Origin: Psilocybe cubensis
Taxonomy: Eukaryota
Direction: 5' to 3'
Length of the DNA: 64,000 nucleotides
NCBI GenBank assembly: GCA_017499595.2
Contig: CM039007.1
Location: forward strand, 2,666,001 to 2,730,000
Shown: piece after piece, positions 24,434 to 37,893 of the stretch
Layout: each line of letters starts with the position of its first letter
How positions within the stretch are numbered: position 1 is the stretch's first letter
Notes under the pieces: generated by a model
What the model saw: only the letters and a program-made list of their open reading frames with translations
Told to the model about the DNA's origin: nothing
The model's database searches: none
Program-made: the position numbers and the translations under genes

Positions 24434-27400
24434 TCAGACTTGTACATGTGTACTTAATGTTATCAACTTTAATCGCCACCACATGTCTGGATCAGCTGTG
24501 TCTATGATAATAAACTCATTTGCATCGTGCCCAAAGTCTGCAGCTAGCAAGCCTCCACGTACTATCCGTTGTAGATCAATAACAATTGAATTTGTTCGCC
24601 TCCGGGCACGGACGCGCAAAAAGCGAAGATCCTTGTCGCGTTTGCGTGCCAAAACTGTTCTTCGGTCAATTGGTTCGTCAAATGGAAGTACGAGTGCCAA
24701 ATGATGAGGTGTATCGTCAACATAGACCGAATACATGAAGAGGAGCTGTGCAAAGCAATAATTGTTAGTATCTGATTTAATTAGAACATAGTCATTGCGA
24801 GGTTGGTGGTGGAAGCTTGCGCTAACGCGAACCATATCCCGCTCAAATGACCAGTTAATAATGGACTGGTAGTGAATTCTAGCGAGTTGGAATGGTGCAA
24901 GCTGTGGAAAAATCTATTAATGTCCGTTATAATTACTGTAGAATATATAATACCATGTTGTCAGGCTTCAGCCGAATGGTTTGATTGATGATTTTTGCAA
25001 GACATTTTCCAGTTTTAATTCGGAAACGTCGGAATGCATGATCCTCCTTGTGTGATTCTTCAATACTTTCAAATGAAACTGGATCCATTATGGATCCGAT
25101 TGACACATGGCTCTGTTCTGTATCATCTACAGACTGATCTAGAAGCTTGTTAGAATGGTTCTTGTACGGTAGATAATATTTGCCATATACAAACCTGAAT
25201 TCACTGCTGAAGCTTCCTCGGAAATGTCTTGGAGTGAATTATTGTCCGTTTCACTCGCCTTATTCTCCTCGTTTTCATCGAATGCGTTAATATCCATGCG
25301 AATTATCATTGAAATGAGATCGTCTTCATTCATTTTAAGTATCTGGAGAAGCTGTATAAGTGAGCGGCACTTAAAACATATATTAACTAAAAATACAACA
25401 CCTGTGGCGCCACATTCTTGAAGTTTGTGTGGAAGCGGTACCAGAGTTTCAAAAGCCCATGTGCTTTCTCATTTGGCTTTGTATTGGCATTGCGTGTAAC
25501 ACCCTTTGCCATAATGTCCCGGACCATGTGAATGTGCGAGTGATTTTTTGGAAAGTTCCAGTTCTTTTCTGGATGTAGCTCAGAATATTCCTGTATACAA
25601 AATTTAACAAATTTGCCGCCCTAAATCCAGGCTGAAAACACACCTTGAGAATTAAATTAAATATACCTAGCTCTCGCTCAATTCCAGCCAATGTAGTTGC
25701 ACTTTGGACAGTTAAGGATGAATACATGTCTAGTTCAAGAAAAGACCGCATGAGACGCAGCAGACAGTATCCTCTGTCCGATTTTTCAAGGACATTATGT
25801 GATGCGAATACTATTAACTGTGCAGCCAAAAAAATTGATAATAGTAAGCTCAGTTTGTAGTATTGTCATAAAATTATACTAACCTTTGCCATATCTTCGT
25901 ATTTGCTTCCATCTGCAAATTCACCTGTTTTGATAACAGATGAAAAGTGATTGAGGCCGCTCCATCGAGGTATGCAGTCAAATCTAAATGCATAGATATT
26001 AATTTGAAGAAATATGCAAAGAAATTGATTTTTAGACGTACTGGTTGTCAACCATTTCAGCATCTTTTCTTGTGGTAGTAGACTCTTCAATCACATTCTT
26101 AAATTCAACCCATAAATGATCAGAAAATAGTCCTCCATGGTAGGCATGTAATCGATCCCAGGATAGAGCTTGGTATACATCTGATCCATTCATCATCCAA
26201 AATACATTCTGTGAATATTCAGAAAAATTAAGAAACCAGTTTTGGCATCCATATATATCAAGAAATTATCACGCACCTCAACATTTCGTAGACCATACCT
26301 CTTTAGATGCTCTTCACGGTCTTTAGCATTGAGTTTCTGGGCTTCAGAGTGAATTCTTTCCATTCCGGCTGCTGATCGGATAGGATAACAAGCAGTAAGG
26401 TTTGATAGAGCATCATTTGGCACCAAGCATATAGGACAGGGATAGTTGCTTGTTGCACCACGAGTTAATGCAATGACACATCTAATCCAAACATAGGCAC
26501 CATATACAATTATTTTAGCGCCCAAGAGATTAAATGAAATATTCACATACTGTTCCTCATAATCGGCAGAAATGATAAGAACAAAAAAGAATAACCAACG
26601 CAATATTGCATCAGCACATTTGATGTGGAAACCAGTTGTTGCATACTGTTGGATTGACACTAAAATCTCGTAGAATCCTTTGTGCCATACAATACGCTTG
26701 AAGTTAATAAATAGTGTTTTTCCGCTCTCTCCTGAATCTTCCTCAACCTATAATTTACATAAACCTGAGCTACATACAGCACAGATAATCAGATTTATTG
26801 AATTAACGTACAATCGGGAGCCAACCAACTAATCTACCACCTCCAAGCCCATCTCCATTTCGATCATTTGCAGGAATATTTGCACACCGAGCAATTACCG
26901 GATATCCTTTGGCCGTGCCAAATGTTGAAAGCCTTGTTTTGTCTGCATATAGAACAATACAGAAGGGGAGCGCTCCTAGAGGAAGTTGATCCTAAACTTC
27001 TATGAGTGTGTAAAAAGGGAATATAGAAGTAATTGTACCTGAATTTTCCACCACGTATCTGCTGTCCATGGTTCTCCAATTAGTCTTTCACTGTGTGTAT
27101 TGGTTGTTTTATAATGTCTTTCTGCATTCCAGTGAAATTTTGAAAGAGAAATTGGGTTTAAAACAAGCTCGCTGCACCAATCAAGTAGAGGCCGGACAAA
27201 TACTTCGTATTGAATTTCTTCCTTTTTGTACGGGACCACAAATTCCTTCCGAACAAACTGTTGTGTCTGCATAAGTACATGTTCTTTATTCTGACAAAAT
27301 CACAGTACTTACTCCGCTTGAACGATAGCTTCTAGCAAATTCCCATGTTTTATCCATCTCAGAAGCATTTTCTATTGTAAAAAGGTGCGGATTAGCAATG

Positions 27401-28134
27401 CACTCTTTTATCAGGTTTAGAAGCGTAGCTTTTTGATTCTTGTTCATATGAGTGTCTAATGCAAGCTCTGCAATCTCGAAATCCAGTCGTGTAGCGAAAG
27501 GATGCCATGGTTTATCATGGTTTGGCTTTGGAAGAGCAGAAGTAGCATGTCGTGTGGAATGTGGATCATACTGTGATGTTGGAACAACCTTTGGAGATTT
27601 GTTTGCGCTTGGATGGTACTGTATTCGGACTTCATCTACTGTGTGTGATGAATAACCGCTAGACATTGCATCGAGCATGGAAAGAATTGAGCCACGAGGA
27701 ATAGATTCAAGATCTGGAGCCTCCAGCGCCTCAGATTCTGCATCAGATTGGGAATTAACCAATAGTGTGTCATCCTGCTCGTTGTATGCTGACAGGGCCC
27801 GCTTGTCAGGATTATTGGTTTGTTGCATGTTGACGGATGCGGCATTGGTTGTAGAGTAGGTATTTTGGAGAAGGGAGTTATAAGCACTATTTTCTAGAAC
27901 ATAATAAAGAACCATTTGTACTCATTTTCTATGCGAATGGATAAGCAATATTGGCGTACGCTGTGAGTAAAGTGTACCCGCAAGATTGGAAAATTCATTC
28001 TGTGCAAGCATTGTTGGAGCCTTCTGTTGGCAAGCTTGCATATGGCGGTTAATTCCCATCGTGGTAAATAGCTTGTTGCATCGAGGACAGCATTCAGTCC
28101 TTGGTATCTGACGTGAGCGGTCACGGTCCCCCAT
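24434..28134 (-). CDS. Plavaka transposase (multi-exon), copy 1
   Basis: Exons encode KPWHPFATRLDFEIAE, RPLLDW...EPWTADTWWKIQ, LYADKTRLSTFGTAKGYPV, GGGRLVGWLP, SADYEEQ, PCPICLVP, PRWSGLNHF and HHQPRNDYVLI. I recognise these as the basidiomycete Plavaka family. Confidence 0.8.
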
Positions 28135-31100
28135 AATATACTGCTGTTATTGTTACAGTAAGCAATGATTGATCAAGATACTAGTGAGAGCTAATTCAAT
28201 GAAAAGGGGATCAATGATCAACAGTCAAGTAAGATATGACCTTAAATATGCTCTCAGACGGTTATATATACCAGTATGCACAACCGCATGGCATAGTATG
28301 TTGAATTGAGGCCGCCGTGTTCCAATTCATATGATTGATCCACTCTGCTTTTGCATACCACTGTTTTTCCCATAGTCTTAAAATTAGAGCGTTGTCATGC
28401 CCAGCGTATACATCTTAATAAGACTCCTAACACAATTTTATCTCTAATAAAGCTACTACATCAAACTCACGATGTCAACTTGCAAGAGACATATCTTATC
28501 TCAAGCGTCAAGTTGTGTTATTACCCATCTGTCCGGTTATATTGAAGGCCGGCTTGCACAGCAGCTATAACTCACGGTTGACATGAAATTTAGTCTTAAT
28601 ATATCTCACATTGAACTCTGGTACAGAGAAACTTGAATCTACCATGCCGATAAATGCACTGAGAGGCTGGTATCTGTACTACCCGTCAATGATACGCGAT
28701 TACCTTCTAAGGCAGTGCTTGCCTTTATTTGGCTGCGCTCTCTATCCTTTATAAGGTAATAGCCAAATCTGTTAAGGCTGCCAAGATCCTTCAAAAGGCC
28801 AAATTCGGCCTAGCCAAGGCACGATGGTTATAAGGCTCCCCTGAAAATTCCGACATCATATAGTGGTTCCCACTTGGTAGTTGAAGCACTGATCAAGCAC
28901 GGGATGAATATTAATGCTGTGGGTGACCCGTTAGGTACTGCCCTCCAGGCGGCATCAATGGGGGGCCATCAATCCATGGTTGAAGTGTTGCTTAAGCACG
29001 GAGCAGATGTCAACACTGTGGGTGGCATGTTCAACACTGCACTCCAGGCGGCCTCTTACCAAGGCCATTATCACCTTGTTGACCTCCTGTTGAGTAAAGG
29101 GGCAGATGTGAACGCCTCCGGGGGTAAATCTGGCAATGCACTGCAGGCAGCATGCTCTCAAGCTTGCGAAAAGGTCATCGAATTGCTTTTGAGCCACAAC
29201 GCTAAAGTGACCTCCCTGAACCACCTGAATCGTATCAAAGACCCCGCGCTGAAGGAAAAACTTCGTGTCGCATATTTGGCAAACCAGGAAAATGTGAGTT
29301 CGTATTCCTCATTCATCTTTGACTATCCTGATAGATAGCCGTAGATATCCATCCCTGTTCAACCTATTCAAATTACGCAGGAGAGCTGAGCGGTTAGGGA
29401 TCCGTGTGTAATCTTGCTTCATTTATCTGTTTGAACATTCCTTTACACCTTACCAATGATTCATGTTTTATGTATACCAACGAGAACATAGATGTGTTAT
29501 CCGATACTGACATGCGGGAAATTACACTGTCAGCGCAATACGTTTACCTTGTACAGTTAGGCAATATTAGATATTCATCAAACCCATCAAGGTCTACCAT
29601 GTTACATGACTCGCAGAGAATCCAAGAACGACTCACAAGAGTGCACACAGATTCTGCGGCGAGTCTGATATGACTCGATGGGTCGATGGAGAAAGGCTGT
29701 CACAACATAGCGAGTTTATCAACATGGATCGTCAATGTGTAGGAGATCGACCCTCCGGGTACCCTGAAAGAGCGTGCATGTCAGAGATCTACCAGAACAA
29801 TGTGCTGAGGTGGGTATGCACAAGATTACACAATGGGCACTAGAATTCGAATAAGTTGTTCGGGGAATCATCATTTGAGCCTTCAACATTTCGCCAAAGA
29901 AGTGGGAGTAATATAAATGTGATTGATACGAATCACACTGAAAACTGATTTTGAGAGAGGATGGCAGTAAAAGGACACGTACGCGTATGATAATAAATGT
30001 CCGTCGCCTTGTGTGTGACTGACACTGAATGCGCAGGCTGCCACTGTTGTGGGTCAAAAGCCCACATCTCACGCCTTCCTCTCACACAAGTATGCATTTT
30101 CTTGCAGAAGTTGGGCAGGTATGAGCTTGTGCCTAAGGCACTCATGAGTCACACTCACATTTGCTCTCAACGTTTGCACTCGTACCCCACCCCCGCCTAC
30201 ACTCGTCTTTCAATGTGGCTCTTGGGTTGTCATTGAGCGCGGATTCGAGGGGACGATTGTGGGGAGCGATAGCAAGATAAACACATTGATAACCACTTAC
30301 TTAGTATAACAAGCAGTACACCCTCGCATCACTCCATTCTTTACAGCTCCTCACGAAGTGGTGAAGGTATGTCCTGCTTCATGCTTATGAATGTCGTCCT
30401 TTAAATACACCTTATGCGAGATCCATCTATGCGCGCTATCCCTGCCTTGATGTATGCGCTTCCAGACACGCGCCAAGGAAATAACGAAGGGGATTGTATA
30501 GGAGGTAGAGGACTGGCAGAGTGTGTGCACCTCAGTCAACTCTCTGAACACTATTGTGGTGAGTTGCATTCAAATGACGGTCGGGTATCTGTGTGGACCT
30601 GAGAAAAATTAACTACCATAGGCTCCTACTCTTTCCAAGAGTCCCTTGATGTTCCACCTGGTTCTGTGAGTTGTAAGAAGGAGCGCGGGCCACAGATGGG
30701 GATGGTGACGAGATGGTGGGCCAAGGGCTGAGTCGATGGGTTCCTCGCATGCTGTAGGCAGTTTATAGAGGTTTTTTTTTTTTTTTACAAAAATGGAGTT
30801 CCTTGACCTCGGTAGCACGACGAATGGTGGTTGAAGCAGATACAAAAGCAAGAACAGGGAAACTAGACTGCAGATTTCGTACCTTAGCACTGATGTGCAT
30901 GTACCGAAAATGACACAAGAATGTACAATGAGTCTGATATAGACCTGCGGGGAGAAAATCGTGTCATAGGGATACGTAGAGAAGGTGTGCTGAAATAGCG
31001 AGCTCGTCGACAAACCGTCGAGGTGGGAAGGCAAAAGATCGAACGTCCAGAATTTCAAGATTTAGTTGATGTTTCTGTTGTTGTTGCTGGCCTTCAAATC

Positions 31101-31613
31101 CAAACATAGCCAAGCATAGCAAACAACCGGCCGGCAACTCCCACCGGCATGTATTATCATTCACAGCGTTGCCCACAGCCTCTGCGTCAAATCGTCTTTT
31201 TGTTTTATTAAGTTGTATAATATGTATGTCCACACTAAATAGTCAACCGCACTGCGAGTTTTTGCGTGCACGCCGTGGCCGGATAAATCGCAACGTAGTA
31301 AATCTACTGGATACTTGTGCTTATGGGTTAAGTTATACCAAAGGTGCCATGAGTTGGGTAACGATTTTTTTCGTTTTGAGAACGGTTAGTTGTGTTATTT
31401 GCGCGCTGTCTTCATGTTCGTGAGATCGGTCAGTTTAAGCTGGTACTTGGGTCAGTTTGACCATAAACATATTTCAATTTAAAGTTGTTATTTAGAGCGA
31501 AAAAAGAACGATATTTAAGCGCCTGCGTGTTGCATATGGATGGCATAGTCCGAATCAGAACGTCAGACTCAATGCTTGTTTCCGTGCCATCATTTCCACC
31601 TGCTAAAGGTTGT

Positions 31614-32297
31614 CTAGGCGCTGCAGCTGCAAGCTAATAGGCATAGTTAGAACAGCAATTAATCAGAAAAACGCTTGAGTCACCTGGAATCAAAGGCAGG
31701 ACATAGCCAACGATGCCGGAATCGGTCCAGCCCCGATTATTGATCATGTCATCCCGCTCGCTGATAACAGTCGTATAATAATGGTAGGTGGCACTTGCCC
31801 GAGCAACCGAGTAGAGGGGGATGCTGTTGCAGACTTGAGTAGAATAAATATATGCGGTGATCAGATCGGTTTGGAAGCCCGGAACGACGGGTGGGTTGCC
31901 GTCCGTCGATAAGACGAAGAGATAGTCCAGAGGGGGAGGGGTGACGAGACGATACAAAGGGAAAGTGAAAGGCTGGGGTGTACTCCAAGCCCGGAAAATA
32001 TTTCCTTGGAACCCAAAGTCACCATTCCCATCAGTAAGCGAATCAACGAATTCGGTGCGCAATTGGAGAAGATGAAACTTGGAGGACGGGCTGTAGGATT
32101 CGACATAAATATCGGTAAGGGTTGGGTCAGCACAGGTAGCTGCAGCTCGCTCCTAGATGCAGCAATGAGAAACAAGCGACAAAAACTGAACAGGTATATA
32201 GCACCTCGATCGTTGAATTTGCAAATGTTGCTACGGTATGACCGCTCGCAACTTTGATGAAGAACGAGAGCAGAATGGATACGACAAATTTCATCAT
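31614..32297 (-). CDS. Secreted protein with a DUF5648-like domain
   Basis: Signal peptide MMKFVVSILLSFFIKVASG; PLYRL, CNSIPLYS, HYYTTVISERDDMI...GIVGYVLP motifs. The 3' end is approximate. Confidence 0.6.
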
Positions 32298-33639
32298 CTT
32301 GAATGTAAGGCTGTTAAGAAAGTTGCTGTTGTAGTGTTGCAAGTTGTTAAAAAATCGTTCAGAGAAATAGAGGTTATATCGGAAAACAGGCAGTGCCATA
32401 AATATACTACTCCGATATTGAGCGTGTAACACAATTATTTGGACCTGGATAATCTTCCAGTGAACATTGATGACTTTCAAGGGTGAGAAGATACTTGTAC
32501 ATGCTGCACATGCTACATATTTTTTCATGTGCTTTCTGTAACGTGGAATTAGCCATCCAACACGACTGTCGAGGAACCAAGTGCTTCCATACAAGGCAAA
32601 TGCATAGGATTGTCAATTTCATTTGCATGAAGTAGCATTATCTCACAAACGTACACAAAATCTTGATGGAACCTAGACAGCCGAAATGGACGCCGATGGG
32701 CGCTTCACTGGATTTGACGATGACAAAGAATATTGACACTTGTGCAGAAATATTTCTCTAATTATATTAAAACTAATGGAATAGCTTCAAGCTGTATACA
32801 CAGCTGTAAAGCATTAATTACCAGCGCTATGAAATGATTGAGTCGGTAAATTCTCGGGCGATAGGCTGAAATGGACTTTGGGCGCTTCGCCCAAAGCTTA
32901 CTGAAGGCGCTTAGTGTAATTTCCCATGTCATGATAGTCCCGTGATTGATCAAAGAATCACAAATGTCAGAATTTGTGCATAAGCGCACCGTTAAATGAA
33001 CGTGCGACTAAGTCTTTCAGGAATCTGGCATTGTTATCTTCATCTCCGCAGTTGTACCCATGTCTGTCAGAACTCGGGGTAGCTCTGATCCAATAGATTT
33101 GTTCCTTCTCGAAGAAGTGTCAGGGAGAATCTGATATACGGATTTTCACAACTACAGGGAGATCAGTGATTTACCGACATAAACGCGCTTAGGCGCTTCA
33201 ACAATTCCAATCCGTTGGATCTTTTTGTTATGTCACCATCGGCGCCTAATCACACCGCAAGCAGTACTTTACCATTGGAACGCCAGATTCGTGATCTCAA
33301 GAAGATAACTTTCCCCGACACTTGCTTCTCGCGGGTAAATCTGCCAGTGAAACATATGATTCGTGGACCTTCTGACATTGTACAGTCTAAGCTACTACCT
33401 GGGACAGTTTGACCACAAGCTGTTCGGTTTAAATCAGGGCCGAAATTATACGACAATGTCCACGTCCCCAGATTTGAGCAATTTGTCTTGGTAAAAGACA
33501 AGTCGCTTGGAAAATACCTCCTCTTGAAGGTCACGATGACACATCAAACTCTACTCACCCACAAAATCATTTGGTAAGACAAAGCATTAACTTAAAGGTG
33601 CTGTATAGTACCTAAAATACTCTGATTGGTGTTTCATAC

Positions 33640-33750
33640 TGGAGTGGCATGAAAAGGTGAGCTTACGAGGGTGTTTTTGCCAGTTGACTGGTGTACTGCG
33701 GATGTGAGCTGCATTCTACGAACGATGATCGATCCCAGAATATATTTTAA
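33640..33750 (+). pseudogene. Degenerate copy of the 3' end of ARPC5
   Basis: TGGCATGAAAAGgtgag...agTTGACTG...GCTGCATT...CGAACGATGA.CGATC matches 15282-15410, with a shortened intron and indels. Confidence 0.75.
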
Positions 33751-33940
33751 TCGAGCCAGAGAAGTAGGATTTAGTTGCGGCTAATCCGAATCACGCTCGA
33801 AATCGATTTGAATGTCAACTTGGAAATAGTGCTTACAAAACGGTTGGTCGAGGTATGTATTTCATTGTATAAATAAAGTACGTGTTTCATAAGACATCAG
33901 ATAAACCATGTTTGTGAAGCATAAACTATTTGCAAGAGTA

Positions 33941-36900
33941 TCAGTCACTCAGGCGCTTGCAATAGTCTGGATTTCCTTTCGGGTTCTGATAATGAACGGT
34001 AAGGTGTTATACAAAATCATGGATGCCATAGGAACACACCAGTGCCCACGTCGGAAATTGTGTCACCTTTCCGCTGCCTCCTCCAACGGCAAACGTAAAA
34101 ACGAAGATCATTACCTATGGGAAGAAGAATGAGGATGTCTGTCCAACAACGCGTTAAAGATTACTTTACCGAGGTCCCACCATCAAGAGCCGCACTCAGT
34201 AGGAAGCTATCGTGAAGTATTAGCAAGAAAAACAAAACAATGACGCAACGCAAAGGAAACGCACTTATACTTTCGGAACCATGTAGCACGGTATCTAAGG
34301 CATATGAACGATTAGTCACTATTAAATTTCCTGCAGGAGAATAAACCAACTTTCGAAGATAGTACTGTGACAATATTGTTACACCAAATCTGGTGAACAC
34401 GGCCGAGTTGATCCCCACACTCAGGAACCCCAGTTCAGCTTTTGAATTTTACAGTTAACGTGTTTATTCTCAAGTACTCTGACGTCACCGACACTCACCC
34501 ACGAGAACGGGGGTAAAAACAAGATTGAACCCGACTTTGGGGTATTTACGATGAAGGAACCAGAAGGGAAGAGGAAAGCCTAGTCCAACCAGCAGCATGT
34601 AGGGCACAAACTAACGTGATGAATCTCGTGTTAGCCCAACAATACCACAATTATTCCAGGACATACTCCATAACGTGTCCCCGGAGCGTAGAGTGGTTTT
34701 CCAAGCGCGCCCCAGGAGACCGCATCACTGTTGTATGATTGAACCTGCTGTCCTGACCATACATTCGACCCCTGGACAGCTAGAAGAATAGTACGTTGAG
34801 ATTCCAGGATGGTCTGAACAAATAATTAGAACAAAAGTCTTTTTGATGGTTACACTCCACCTTAGCTATGACGAAGTTCAAAAGACCCCCCTAGTAGACG
34901 TAAGGGGCAGATGAGCTTGTATATACAATAATCAGGATTTCAAACAAATTTACGGCGATGGTTCCGACAGTTTGAACAGTGAATGTCACCCGCGGAGGGA
35001 GCTTTGCATACTGGCCCTATTCGTCAGGTCAATTCTTCAGCTATTATCACCACTAGATATTGGAAGATTTAAAGGCACCAGTTTAAGATCCCGAAGCAGG
35101 CTCAAAGCTTGTGTCACGGGATTAAATCCATACATCGTAAAGTACATGTTTGCGACGGGCTTTCCAGGAACAAGAGCGCCTCCCAGCATCTAGAAATGGT
35201 CAAGATTCGCTACATCGAATAAAAGTTGATAGAAGTGACTACCTGAACCATATTTTCAATACTGGGAGCATATCCAACCGTTGCGTACAGCTGGTACAAA
35301 TTTCAGTGATGTACTACCCGCCATTGTACTGAATCACTCACTGTCCCTATGATGGGCACAAACATCCACGCAAAGATTAGAGCTATAAAAAACGCCCACC
35401 AGGGAAGCCCGGATTTTGCTGCATACGTTGTTCCTAACGATATTGCAATCGTGACAATCAAAACAACCAGATACCACCAATTCGAGATCTCTTTGTAGAC
35501 CTAGATAGACAATGTAAGAATGTGCAAGGATGCCACGAGATAGACTTCACCTTCATTCTACGGTAATGCGGGTCGTCACAGTCATTCTTCTGAGTTTCAG
35601 GATAGGTTAGATTAGAGTTCTCCCAATTGTTAGATAAAGCAACTCACACGGCTGTTTCGTACAATCTGATATACAGTTGGATAGTGCCATACAAGGAAAT
35701 GGGTGATTGCGGCTAGCGACGAGTAAAACGCGTAAGCAGGGTGAGCATGCAACTAAAAGCAAAAACGTACCGCCAATGTACATTGTCCTGCTAATTTTGA
35801 ATAACAACTGAGAGGCGGCATACCATGGGAGACCCTTGATAGAGGATTCAATCAATTATTAGGCTCGGCAACACACTTGCTAACCTCTTGAGCTAGCTTT
35901 TCTTCATTTAAGGTGAAGTCACTGTTTAAAATTTTAAGCTGGTCGTATTTGGTCCCTGCATGTTCCAGTGTTCCCAGAAATGAGTCTTGAATTTTATTTA
36001 ACTAATAAAAATAACTGCTAACCATTTTCGTAGAATAACAATTGCGTCAAAAATGGGAAGTTCTGAGTATTCCAGGTGTTGGAAGCATAACACGCACAGA
36101 ACGCGATACTGGACGAAATGCCTCAGTAAAACAAGTACTAATGGTCAAAATGTTTAGAAATTTGACTGACATGCACACCAAACAGCCCCCGTAAAGTGAC
36201 AGCTGGGTCGATAAAGGTGTAAACAATGCTCCAATCGAGTTTCCTCCGGGTCCGATATATGCCCAATCAAAGGAAAGTGAAAAGACCCCCAGTCCTTCGT
36301 TACCAGCAGCTCCGCCTATAGAAGGATGAATCGATATTCAAGATCTAATAAAAAAATCCGCACCAAAGATCCGCGTGAACCAAGCGCTGTCTTGATTAGC
36401 TAAGCAGAAGATACTAACACCCGTTAGTGTTCTGAAGATACGGATTCAGTGAGTAGAGTGTAGGAGAAAAGACGGAGAAACTCCTACGGAGCAATATATT
36501 CCTAGCCCTCAAAGTTAGTAATTCCTGAATACGATGCTTGATCGAAGTGTCACCCACAGGGAACCACTCCCAAACAAAAATCGCGATAAAGATGACCCAG
36601 AAGAACTTTAATCGCTTTTTTTGCATGACAGCCGCTTGTCCGCGATGCAGTGCATCGAATAATTGAACACTTGGGATGAGTTGTGGGTACAGTGCAAATG
36701 TCGGGTATACAAGGAAGCTCCTCATAATACCTATAAGAGAGTTTCAAAGATTTAGCCTGTTACAAGTTGTATTAAACGTCGAGAGAGATATATACCCGCT
36801 GTACCATACCCAATTAATTGAGAACCTATGAGGCTATGATTTGATCATTTTCAGTCAATGAACGACTTGCCCTCGCTAATGTGGGGAAATATACGCACGT

Positions 36901-37893
36901 GAAAATGCCTACTGCAGCGTTAGGTTTAACATTGTAATACAAGTCTTGTGCTGCGAATATGCTGATGGCCAGGGCCGACGACGAGGCAGTCGAAGCCATG
37001 ATCGTTATTGCTACATGTTCCTTGATATCTGCGGAGCGTAAGTCCAAGTCTCCTGACGTCTAAATGGATAGTACATACTAAAAGGCCCAGGGTTAAAGAA
37101 CCTAATATAAACTTTACATTATGAAACCTACGCTTTTGGTACAGTGCTACTTACCTCCAGAAGCGTGAGTCAGACGTTTTGAATCTCGAGTTACCAGGAC
37201 CAGGTAGTAGTTCTTCCAACACCTGCGACTCGTAAATCACTGTAGTTACAGTAATCTGGGGGATATACATACCTTGCCCATGATGTATGATATGATCTAA
37301 TGCGAAAGCCGAACGAGAGATTTACATCTTGCATTCAAGGCAATGGATTAAAATTTACCTGAAGGAACAGCTGGCTGACTGTTAACTTCAGGGTAAGATC
37401 GTAAGTCGACTGGTGCACGAAAGTAATAGTTACATACCGTTTGAGGTCGAAAGTACTGAGCCGAAAAGGGTCAATGTTTACAGGCAGAAAAATCTATGCG
37501 AAAAGGACATACAAAAATTTGGCCCAGCACAGCGCCAAAGCATGACAATCCAATAGACAAAAACCACATTCTGAAAGTCCATATAGGTAAGGTGGGGTCA
37601 TCATCAAGGGACAACAATCGAGTTGAATAATCCAAATCAGTTTCTGTTATGTCGAATGGTACAATCTTTGCGATACATATCGAGCACATAAACATACCGA
37701 TTGGCCTTTCTTTTCCGTCCTCCCCTAAGTCAATGAGACGTGGACCATCGGCGAACACCTCGCCAATCTCGGAGCTAGTGACTTCGGCTGCGCCTGTGCT
37801 GTCGTCCAAAGTTGTTAGAATCTTTTCCTTCGCGTCATATTTCTCCTCGTCCATGGAAGACGGGGGTTTCTCAGACGCCACTTGAACGGACAT
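33941..37893 (-). CDS. OPT-family oligopeptide transporter (many introns)
   Basis: DDDPTLPIWTFRMWFL, NPGPF, KEHVAITIMAST, FFWVIFIAIFVWEWFP, LLSAALDGGT, NPKGNPDYC. Confidence 0.9.

Larger units (their letters stand above)
21281..28855 (-). mobile_element. Plavaka-type (CACTA-related) DNA transposon, copy 1 (7575 bp)
   Basis: TIRs TGTCGGAAATTTCAG and CTGAAAATTCCGACA (14/15 match), 2 bp TSD TC, subterminal CCTTA/TAAGG repeats, near-identical second copy at 43248-52410. Confidence 0.92.
15863..29389 (+). pseudogene. Fungal NLR-like gene (possible C2-like N-terminus, NACHT, ankyrin repeats), interrupted by a Plavaka transposon at 21281-28855
   Basis: Spliced P-loop HGK/AGSGKT (~17450-17530), HFFFD, Walker B IVLDALDEC, LITSR, LSHFSVKEYL, then many GTALQAA...GADVN repeats. 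Removing the element and one TC restores QMASYSGSHLVVEAL in frame with 28874-29338. Confidence 0.9.

Noticed and set aside
29700..31250. Possible decayed spliced gene on the minus strand around the poly-T run
   Set aside because: No coherent exon chain or recognisable domain could be built.
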